A stretch of 64,000 bases of DNA. Origin: a bacterium (GTDB lineage: Bacteria; Patescibacteriota; Minisyncoccia; UBA6257; 02-FULL-45-10c). Position numbers and translations under genes: made by a program. Below are positions 55,364 to 64,000 of the stretch, one piece after another. Positions within the stretch are counted from its first letter, which is position 1. Each line of letters starts with the position of its first letter. Below the pieces are notes generated by a model. It saw only the letters and a list, made by a program, of their open reading frames with translations. It had not been told where the DNA came from and did not search any database. The DNA lies in the NCBI GenBank assembly GCA_030700025.1, contig JAUYKI010000017.1, forward strand, positions 2,748-66,747, read 5' to 3'.

Positions 55364-56008
55364 ATGCGAAAGATGATTTGTTCGGGCTTGATGGCCACGG
55401 CGTTAGTGGTTTTGTCGGCAGTTCCGGTTTTGGCTAATGACGACGAAGAAGTTTTGTTGGACAGCGAAGATACTTCCAGCACCGAATATACCGGAGTCAG
55501 AGAAATGTCTCTGGGCGCCCGGCTGTTTCCTTACGCGCCTTTGCGCGGCGGCATGGATTTCTTGTGGCGTCCCAAGTGGGGAATTTGCGCGGCCCAGATT
55601 GAAAACATCAATTATACCGCGGAAGTAAATGGCCAGCCGATTCATTGTACCGGCGCTGAACTTCATTTCGGCGGCGGCATCTGGTCCAATATGGAAAAAA
55701 CTAATTGGTGGGGCTATCATATTTATTTCAGCATGGTTTGGCCGCTAACGTGGGTTAGGAACGTTCAGGGTTCGACTAGATTTGCTTTTGGTAATGGAAA
55801 ATCTTTGGGCCTCGGATTGGATTTTTATCCGCGCATTTGGCGGGGTGGAACGATTGTTAGAGGAGATAAATTTGTCAGTTATTTCGCGGACGTTCAAGCG
55901 GCTTCCCGGTTATTGATAGTAGACTGGGGAGGTCAGCACAGCGACCGATTCTCATCTTCTATGTTTAAAAATATCACTTTCCAGGTCGGAGCCAGATACT
56001 GGTTTTAA
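55364..56008 (+). CDS. Secreted hypothetical protein.
   Basis: 214 aa with a signal peptide. It is preceded by the conserved leader hairpin shared with the gene at 35820. Confidence 0.5.
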   Translation: MRKMICSGLMATALVVLSAVPVLANDDEEVLLDSEDTSSTEYTGVREMSLGARLFPYAPLRGGMDFLWRPKWGICAAQIENINYTAEVNGQPIHCTGAELHFGGGIWSNMEKTNWWGYHIYFSMVWPLTWVRNVQGSTRFAFGNGKSLGLGLDFYPRIWRGGTIVRGDKFVSYFADVQAASRLLIVDWGGQHSDRFSSSMFKNITFQVGARYWF

Positions 56009-56118
56009 ACTTTAAATAAGCCCCCCGACCCCCATCCTAATGGGGGCTTTGCTTTTTTAGAAGAATAATGTTATTTTATTAACAGTTTTCAGAACTTTAA
56101 AAACTCAAGGAGATAAAA

Positions 56119-57093
56119 ATGAAAACGACAGCGCTGGCGTTGATTTTGCTGGCCGGATCTGCCGGGGCAACAATTGGAACTAATTCCGGATTAACCGCGC
56201 TTTATATTTCTGGCAGTGAAATTTACGTCACGAGCGCTTCGACCAATACCGTAAAAATCTTCCGTTTTTCTCCGCCGTCAACTTTAGCGCAGGTCGGGAT
56301 TCCTGCCTCCACGGATCAGGAACCGGTCTTTATTTCGGTTCCAAACCCCTATGCTTATGTTTTGAATCGGGGAGCCAAGACATTGCAGACCTTTATCGCG
56401 GACGATAATTTCTTATTGCCATTAGGATCGGTTCCGGTCGGATTTAATCCGACTTCGGCCGTGGTTCGGATACCGCATATTCTTATTACTAATTCCGGAT
56501 CTAATTCTTTGCAGGCGCTGGATGTTTCCTGCAATTCCCGCCCGGTAACTATCGGGCGAATTTCTACCGGTTCGGTTCCGACATCGTTATACGCGGAGGG
56601 AAAATATGCTTTTGTGACTTGTTCCGGAGAAGATCTGTATCAGATTTTTAATATCGGCAAATTGCGGTGGGGAATATCATTAACCGGATCAATTAAGACC
56701 GATGAGGGTCCGGTGGCAAGTTATGTGGCGGGTCCGAATGCTTTCGTCATTAATACGATTGCCAATACTCTGCAGGCGTTCAATGTTTCTGATCCGGTGA
56801 AGCCCGCGGAATTAGGCTGGGTTCGCACTAGCGTGGGCCCGATTGCGATTACTGGCAGCGGAAACTTATTATTTGTCGCTTGCCGGTTTTCCAATACTTT
56901 GGAAATTTTTGACGCGTCTAATCCCGCGAAAATGGTTTTGCTTCACGGGATTGGCGTGGATTACGGCCCAACGGCAGTAGCGGTCAATGGCCCCTATGCC
57001 TTTGTGGCTTCCCACAAAATGCTCCAAGTGTTTGACGTTTCCGATCCGCTTCGCAAACCGCCGGTTCTGGTCGCTTCCATTACAGTGAATTAA
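56119..57093 (+). CDS. Secreted LVIVD-repeat beta-propeller protein.
   Basis: A signal peptide is followed by repeated motifs (YAFV...TLQAFNVSDP, LEIFDASNP, LQVFDVSDP) typical of LVIVD repeats. Confidence 0.65.
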   Translation: MKTTALALILLAGSAGATIGTNSGLTALYISGSEIYVTSASTNTVKIFRFSPPSTLAQVGIPASTDQEPVFISVPNPYAYVLNRGAKTLQTFIADDNFLLPLGSVPVGFNPTSAVVRIPHILITNSGSNSLQALDVSCNSRPVTIGRISTGSVPTSLYAEGKYAFVTCSGEDLYQIFNIGKLRWGISLTGSIKTDEGPVASYVAGPNAFVINTIANTLQAFNVSDPVKPAELGWVRTSVGPIAITGSGNLLFVACRFSNTLEIFDASNPAKMVLLHGIGVDYGPTAVAVNGPYAFVASHKMLQVFDVSDPLRKPPVLVASITVN

Positions 57094-57099
57094 AGTTTA

Positions 57100-57133
57100 T
57101 TCCCCCTAGACTGCGGTCAGGGGGAATTTTTAT
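57100..57133 (+). terminator. Rho-independent terminator. A solo family-1 terminus (attaggataggttctt) follows at 57127-57150.
   Basis: The hairpin ttccccctagactgcggtcagggggaa is followed by tttttatt. Confidence 0.65.
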
Positions 57134-57162
57134 TAGGATAGGTTCTTGGTATAATTTAAGTA

Positions 57163-57582
57163 ATGAGAAATGAACGCGGGCAGGTAATGCTCTTAACTGT
57201 TTTGCTTTTATCTGGAACTATTTTAAGCGCCACTACCATTGCCGGCTTATTAATGCTTTATCAAATCCGCCAAGCAACGGATATCGCCAATTCTACCAAA
57301 GCTATTTATGCCGCGGACACGGGGATAGAAAGGCGGGTATATGATATTTTTCTGGATCCGGACGGCCTTTGCAGTTTAAGCGAGCCATCGTTAGACGGCA
57401 CTTTAGACAATGGCGCCGCTTTTCAAGTAGCTTGTGATAAGCAAACTCAGACCAACGCTGATGGCAGCAAAACGGAGACTATCACTATCAGATCTACCGG
57501 CAATGCCAATAAAAATTATCGAGCGCTGGAGACGGTTTTGGCTAGAGATATTCCACCTCCGCCGCCTCCACTGGCGCCTTAA
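57163..57582 (+). CDS. PilX-N-like minor pilin or pilus-associated protein with a Pro-rich C-terminus.
   Basis: MRNERGQVMLLTVLLLSGTIL resembles the PilX N-terminal domain. It ends PPPPPPLAP. Confidence 0.5.
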   Translation: MRNERGQVMLLTVLLLSGTILSATTIAGLLMLYQIRQATDIANSTKAIYAADTGIERRVYDIFLDPDGLCSLSEPSLDGTLDNGAAFQVACDKQTQTNADGSKTETITIRSTGNANKNYRALETVLARDIPPPPPPLAP

Positions 57583-57610
57583 TCGCGGGCTATTAACTCA
57601 TAATTTTTAA

Positions 57611-59665
<2,055 letters not shown>

Positions 59666-59723
59666 AATCTTAATTTATGTTAAGATAGACGCAGTTTGAA
59701 CTTTGTCAAAAAGGAGGTGCCTC

Positions 59724-60392
59724 ATGGGCAAGTTGTCCGACCAGGAGCTCGGAAAAATTAGCCGGCGTTTGACGGAGGTCCTCCTCCGTACAGATAAAGG
59801 CCTTTTGAATCCGGAATCGGTCATGATTGGCTTGCAGTTTATTTTGAATGGGCAAGTGAAGCCGGGGATTTACCAGGACGAAGATAGTGGCAATATGTTT
59901 ACCATCCGGGTTAATCACGACCTATCTTTGAAAGAAATGATTAAGCTGGGAGAGTACCAGAAAATTTCCCTGAACCTGTCAGAATTAGCAGTCCGAGCTT
60001 TAACTCAAGGTTATAGCGGTGAAGAAGAAGTGCGCATTCAGCTTTTCCATTTTGGACGGACAATGACTTCGGCTCAGGTTCTGGAAGAGTTGCAAAAGAG
60101 CGGCTGCCGGCCGGCTACGATGGTTGAGTTATTGGCAATTGGCGCCCAGCATCCATTGCGGCAAAAACAGTACCGGATTGCTACGATTGACACCCTGGTT
60201 AAGGTCCGAGTTCTTGATGATCTGGAATTGAGCGAAGCTGGAGACGCGGAGGTTAGCCATACCGAGGCCACGGCTAATATACCCGGAGTTTGCTTGTTTA
60301 CCTCTAAGACTACGGGAGAACGGATTCTCGCGGAGTTTAGCGGATTTTTGCAATGGGCTGGAGACTTCCGGTTTCCCGCCGTCCACCTATAA
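59724..60392 (+). CDS. Hypothetical protein.
   Basis: 222 aa. SD aaggagg lies 6 nt before the ATG at 59724. The ORF-track start at 59703 lies inside the SD. Confidence 0.5.
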   Translation: MGKLSDQELGKISRRLTEVLLRTDKGLLNPESVMIGLQFILNGQVKPGIYQDEDSGNMFTIRVNHDLSLKEMIKLGEYQKISLNLSELAVRALTQGYSGEEEVRIQLFHFGRTMTSAQVLEELQKSGCRPATMVELLAIGAQHPLRQKQYRIATIDTLVKVRVLDDLELSEAGDAEVSHTEATANIPGVCLFTSKTTGERILAEFSGFLQWAGDFRFPAVHL

Positions 60393-60407
60393 GTCTATTA
60401 AGACTCT

Positions 60408-60437
60408 CATCCCACCAAACGGTGGGATTTTTTATTT
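60408..60437 (+). terminator. Rho-independent terminator.
   Basis: The hairpin atcccaccaaacggtgggat is followed by tttttatttt. Confidence 0.65.
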
Positions 60438-60479
60438 TCTGGAAAAAGGATTTCTATTGTATTATTAATATAGAATTAT

Positions 60480-60800
60480 ATGGCCGAATTAAGCAAAAAA
60501 ACTTTGGAGCATTTGGCGGAGTTGGCCCGGATTAATTTGAATGAGGAGGCCGCCCAAAAGGGCGAGCCTCGCCCTGGCGAAGCCGGGCGGGAAAAACTGT
60601 TAAATGATTTGCAGATGATTTTGGGGCATTTTGGGGAGTTGCAGGCTTTGGATACTTCAAGCGTCCAGCCAATGACCGGCGGAACTAATTTGGAAAATGT
60701 TTTGCGGAATGACGAAAATGCCACCCAAGACACCGGTAAGGGGCTGGACGCTTTCCCGGAAAATAAAGACGGCTATTTAAAAGTACCGCCCGTATTTTAA
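60480..60800 (+). CDS. gatC: Asp/Glu-tRNA amidotransferase subunit C with a GC-rich in-frame insertion.
   Basis: The GatC-like N-terminus (LEHLAELARINLNEEE) and C-terminus are seen. The insert at 60541-60600 (AAQKGEPRPGEAGREK) is related to the metG insert. Confidence 0.7.
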   Translation: MAELSKKTLEHLAELARINLNEEAAQKGEPRPGEAGREKLLNDLQMILGHFGELQALDTSSVQPMTGGTNLENVLRNDENATQDTGKGLDAFPENKDGYLKVPPVF

Positions 60801-60924
60801 GTAATGAGATACTAATATACTAATATACTAATTCATGCGAATGATACTAATAAAATGCGAATATAAAAGCATTAGTATGCTATTCGTATCATTAGTACCA
60901 TTTGTATATTAGTATCATATTTTT

Positions 60925-62373
60925 ATGCATTTACATGACTTAACTATAAAAAAATTCCACGAAGGTTTGGTGAATAAAGAATTTTCCGCGCATGAAATGG
61001 CGCAGGAAGTTTTTGATTTAATTAAAGCGGAGGATGGAAAAATTCACGCGTATTTAAGTTTGAATGAGCGAATGGCGTTACGGCAAGCGGAAGAAGCCGA
61101 TTTAAAAATTGCCAAAAATGAGCCGGTGGGTTTTTTAACCGGCGCGCTTATGGCGATTAAAGATAATATTTTAATTGAGGGACTGCCGTGCACTTCGGCC
61201 TCTAAAATTTTAGAAAATTATACTGCCAGCTATGACGCAACGGTGATTAAGAAATTAAAATCCAGCGGCGCCGTATTTTTAGGTAAAACTAATATGGATG
61301 AATTCGCCATGGGTTCGTCTACGGAAAATTCCGCATTTGGGCCAACCAAGAATCCCCATGATTTGACTAGAGTTCCGGGGGGATCGTCCGGCGGTTCAGC
61401 AGCGGCAGTGGCCAGTCATATGGCTGTGGCGGCGCTGGGTTCGGACACCGGCGGTTCTATCCGCCAGCCTGCGGCCTTTTGCGGAGTTGTCGGCCTAAAG
61501 CCTACCTATGGCGCGGTTTCCCGTTATGGAGTGACGGCGATGGCTTCCAGCTTGGATCAGATCGGACCCTTTACGAAAACCGTGGAAGACGCGGCGATTT
61601 TATTTAATGAAATAAAAGGAGTGGATGCCATGGATTCCACAAGTTCGCCACAAGCTAGCGAGATTAAAGAAGAAGATTTATTAAAACCCAAGCTGGAAGA
61701 TATTCGAAAATTGCGGATAGGCATTCCGAAAGAATATTTCGTGGAAGGGCTTTCCGCGGAAATTGGCAGCGCCGTAGAAAAAGCCATTCAAGATATTAAA
61801 AGCTTGAAAGTAGAAATCAAAGAAATCAGCCTGCCTCACACGAAATACGCGCTTTCTTGTTATTATATTATTATGCCGGCGGAAGTGAGTTCCAACCTGG
61901 AACGATTTGAGGGGATTCGCTATGGCAGCCGCCAATCGGCGGAAAAATTGATAGATTTATATAAGAAAAATCGGGAAGCCGGATTCGGAGATGAATCCAA
62001 GCGCAGAATTTTATTAGGAACTTTCGTTCTGTCTTCCGGCTACTATGACGCTTATTATGCCAAGGCTCAAAAAGTCAGGCGATTAATTGCCCAAGACTTT
62101 GACCAGGTATTTAAGGAAGTAGATTTGGTGCTGACGCCGGTTACGCCGACTCTGCCGTTTAAGTTCGGAGAAAAAACCGATAATCCATTGGAAATGTATC
62201 TTTCCGACGCGTTTACTATTCCGGTGAACTTAGCCGGTTTGCCGGCGATGTCTTTGCCGGTTAATCAAACTAAAAAAGATAAATTGCCAGTCGGCTTTCA
62301 GCTGATTGGCCGGCATTTTAAAGAGGCGGATATTTTAGGATTAGGGCAGTATTACGAAAAATTATCCCGTTAG
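60925..62373 (+). CDS. gatA: Glutamyl-tRNA(Gln) amidotransferase subunit A (amidase signature family).
   Basis: The amidase signature GGSSGGSAAAVA and the Ser-cisSer-Lys triad context are seen. Length is 482 aa. Confidence 0.9.
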   Translation: MHLHDLTIKKFHEGLVNKEFSAHEMAQEVFDLIKAEDGKIHAYLSLNERMALRQAEEADLKIAKNEPVGFLTGALMAIKDNILIEGLPCTSASKILENYTASYDATVIKKLKSSGAVFLGKTNMDEFAMGSSTENSAFGPTKNPHDLTRVPGGSSGGSAAAVASHMAVAALGSDTGGSIRQPAAFCGVVGLKPTYGAVSRYGVTAMASSLDQIGPFTKTVEDAAILFNEIKGVDAMDSTSSPQASEIKEEDLLKPKLEDIRKLRIGIPKEYFVEGLSAEIGSAVEKAIQDIKSLKVEIKEISLPHTKYALSCYYIIMPAEVSSNLERFEGIRYGSRQSAEKLIDLYKKNREAGFGDESKRRILLGTFVLSSGYYDAYYAKAQKVRRLIAQDFDQVFKEVDLVLTPVTPTLPFKFGEKTDNPLEMYLSDAFTIPVNLAGLPAMSLPVNQTKKDKLPVGFQLIGRHFKEADILGLGQYYEKLSR

Positions 62374-62486
62374 AAGCCGCGATCGCTTTAATTAATAATA
62401 TTATTTCCATTTATTATGCATGGTCGTTATTATAAAAATATATTACGTAGAATCGCTTTGATCGCGATCTGCTTCTAACGGGATGG
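62365..62486. repeat. 5'-UTR palindromic element tcccgttagaagccgcgatcgc ... gcgatcgcgatctgcttctaacgggatgg. Its left arm overlaps the gatA stop and its right arm supplies the next gene's start codon.
   Basis: A roughly 22-bp inverted repeat with a TAGAAT-like -10 box inside. It is of the same family as 1846-1963 and 40395-40522. Confidence 0.6.
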
Positions 62487-63121
62487 CAAAACCACCAGAA
62501 ACAAGCCCTCCTCCTTCCGGATTAGATTTTATAATCTTAATTTTTCTTTTCATGGCGATCTTGCCTATGATCGGAGGATTTTTGGTTTATTTAGGCGATC
62601 CGAGCGGCTTACTGACCCGGATAAAAGAATTTTTGGCTCCCTACCTGCTTAATAATTTATGGTGGATGAAAATTGTATCGGTTTTAATATCCGGATTATT
62701 CGTCTGGGGAATAGCCCATATTTTATCTAAATTGAATTACGTGAATCTGCGAACCGAACAATTTTTAAATATTTTGGGCAGTTCGGGATTAAGTCGGCGC
62801 CGGTCTTTGCGCGCCTGGAGGCAGATTCAAGCGAGATTGGCGGTTGAAGATCCCCAGCAATGGAAAATAGCTATTTTAGAAGCGGATGAGATTTTAAACG
62901 AAGTTCTAAAATTATCGGGTTATTTGGGAAAAATGGAGGATAAGCTGGATTTAATTACTCCAGCGCAGTTGGCCAGCATTGAAGACATTAAAATAGCGCA
63001 TCGGATTCGTAATCAGATTTCCGGCAGCCCGGCCTTTGAATTATCGCGGGAAGTCGCCGAAAGAACCGCTCATATTTACAGAAGGGCGTTTGTGGAAACG
63101 AATTTAATCCCTCACTCTTGA
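62483..63121 (+). CDS. Membrane protein, hypothetical. The C-terminal IPHS and stop codon come from a palindromic element.
   Basis: 212 aa with 2-3 TM helices. It ends in aatccctcactcttga, the same sequence that ends the gene at 28958-30130. Confidence 0.5.
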   Translation: MAKPPETSPPPSGLDFIILIFLFMAILPMIGGFLVYLGDPSGLLTRIKEFLAPYLLNNLWWMKIVSVLISGLFVWGIAHILSKLNYVNLRTEQFLNILGSSGLSRRRSLRAWRQIQARLAVEDPQQWKIAILEADEILNEVLKLSGYLGKMEDKLDLITPAQLASIEDIKIAHRIRNQISGSPAFELSREVAERTAHIYRRAFVETNLIPHS

Positions 63122-63245
63122 AGCGCTGCGATTTCTGAACGCTTGTTGTAATATACTGTTTTTTATCCCCCAGACTTTATTTACGGATATTTAATGCCCC
63201 ATAGAGAAATCAACTAGGCGTTTCGGCGCTTCAAAAGTGAGGGAT
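63107..63245. repeat. Palindromic element atccctcactcttgaagcgc ... gcgcttcaaaagtgagggat (139 nt). It is the larger member of the IPHS-stop family.
   Basis: The 20-bp inverted repeat has one mismatch. The termini are identical to those of 30116-30191. Confidence 0.7.
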
Positions 63246-63279
63246 AAAAAACTCCGCAATCAGCAGAGTTAGTTGTTAT

Positions 63280-63765
63280 TTATTTCTTGGTTACGGCGAT
63301 CCGAATTTCATTAATAATTAGATAGGTCATAGCGCCGATAAGGCCGGTTAGAAGCCCCTGGCCCAGCTGATTGATGTAAGGATTGCGTTCGCTGCCGGTA
63401 TTGTTTCTGTGAGTCAGCAGGTAGCTTTGGAGCACGCCCTTTTTATTAAAGGTTAATTCCAAATTATAAGTTATAGTATTCTCGGTTTTTTCGGAATAAG
63501 TAAAGCGGCTTTTGGACTTTATGATGCTTCGGGAGAATTTATAGACCCATTTTTCGGAATCTTTATTGGCATGGATTTCAGGATTGCCGGCGATGATTTT
63601 TCGGAGTTCTGGCTGGGCCGGCCGGCCGATATTTTTATCCAAGAGAGCCGTGAGTTCGTTTAATTGGTTTTCGGGATAAAATTGGGCGCCGGAAGTTTTT
63701 ACCGATGCGCAGCTGGACTGGAGAATTAGCAAGAAACTAAGCAGGAGGCGGACGGGATATTTCAC
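63280..63765 (-). CDS. Putative lipoprotein, hypothetical.
   Basis: A signal peptide with the lipobox-like LQSSCAS. Length is 161 aa. Confidence 0.5.
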   Translation of the reverse strand: MKYPVRLLLSFLLILQSSCASVKTSGAQFYPENQLNELTALLDKNIGRPAQPELRKIIAGNPEIHANKDSEKWVYKFSRSIIKSKSRFTYSEKTENTITYNLELTFNKKGVLQSYLLTHRNNTGSERNPYINQLGQGLLTGLIGAMTYLIINEIRIAVTKK

Positions 63766-63862
63766 GGCTATCTCCTTTGTCTTTTAAGGTACGAGAGTAT
63801 TATCGTTGATTTTCCGCCGTTGTCAATGTATTATGGATTAGGATTTGAGTATCAAGGCCAAT

Positions 63863-63939
63863 GCGGTGGTAGCTTAGCTGGCTAAAGCGCCTCCCTGTCA
63901 CGGAGGAGATCGCGGGTTCGAGTCCCGTCCACCGCGCCA
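63863..63939 (+). tRNA. tRNA-Asp (anticodon GTC).
   Basis: 77 nt with the anticodon loop cuGUCac and an encoded CCA. A terminator hairpin follows at 63947-63972. Confidence 0.85.
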
Positions 63940-63966
63940 TGTTAAAATTGCTGCTTCGGCAGCAAT

Positions 63967-64000
63967 TTTAGTTTTACATAAGGACTCGAACCGATGGCCG
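63967..64000 (-). tRNA. Partial tRNA (3' half, T-arm ggttcgagtcc) truncated by the window edge.
   Basis: The reverse complement reads cggccatcggttcgagtcc, with T-loop and acceptor features. Its identity cannot be determined. Confidence 0.4.

Overview
This 64 kb window looks like a chromosomal segment of a small-genome, reduced-metabolism bacterium. My inference from gene content is Patescibacteria/CPR: dimeric archaeal/eukaryotic-type GlyRS, a SWIB-domain protein, ComFC plus a complete type IV pilus set, and many genes without a Shine-Dalgarno sequence. I did not search any database.

The backbone is housekeeping. It carries five aminoacyl-tRNA-synthesis genes (glyQS, metG, leuS, gatC, gatA), glmS, ligA, guaB, tatD, htrA, a P-type ATPase, an M16 peptidase, a MetY-like PLP enzyme and a LOG-family gene. 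Six complete tRNAs are present (Ser-TGA, Ala-GGC, Arg-CCT, Ser-CGA, Ala-TGC, Asp-GTC) plus a partial tRNA at the window edge.

Positions 36.8-57.6 kb form a competence and type IV pilus locus. It runs comFC, pilMNO, pilB, pilT, pilC, a major pilin, pilD, three minor pilins and a PilX-like gene. Embedded in it is a three-gene operon of giant secreted proteins. These are built from Cys-containing repeats of about 85 aa that resemble divergent InlB B-repeats, plus Kelch beta-propellers. An LVIVD-repeat propeller protein follows. I read this as a candidate pilus-associated adhesin or host-attachment module.

The most unusual aspect is the density of small repeated elements.

- A structured element family of about 270-290 nt has three full copies and two solo ends.
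- A MITE-like family of about 145-180 nt has two copies.
- A 5'-UTR palindromic element has arms 'cccgttagaag ... cttctaacgggATG' and donates start codons to at least four genes.
- Other long inverted repeats also enclose start codons, at glmS and pilO.
- Palindromes of the form 'atccctcactcttga ... tcaaaagtgagggat' donate the C-terminal residues 'IPHS' and the stop codon to two unrelated ORFs.
- Short elements are inserted in frame into essential genes. Simple tandem repeats sit in glyQS, leuS, glmS and ligA. A 'ggttcggcaagctcacc' 20-mer sits in metG twice and, as a variant, in leuS. A GC-rich palindrome is shared by metG and gatC. These behave like Rickettsia palindromic elements.

The window also holds an 850 nt GC-rich noncoding region between metG and tatD. 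It has no ORFs, many hairpins and a minus-strand terminator at its far end, so it is a candidate large ncRNA. A GC-rich two-gene operon of small membrane peptides has a near-consensus promoter and is probably foreign. A tRNA-flanked trio couples a citrate-synthase-like gene, a PrpD/MmgE-family gene and an MFS transporter. Intergenic spacers are built from degenerate TAGAAT-like repeats.
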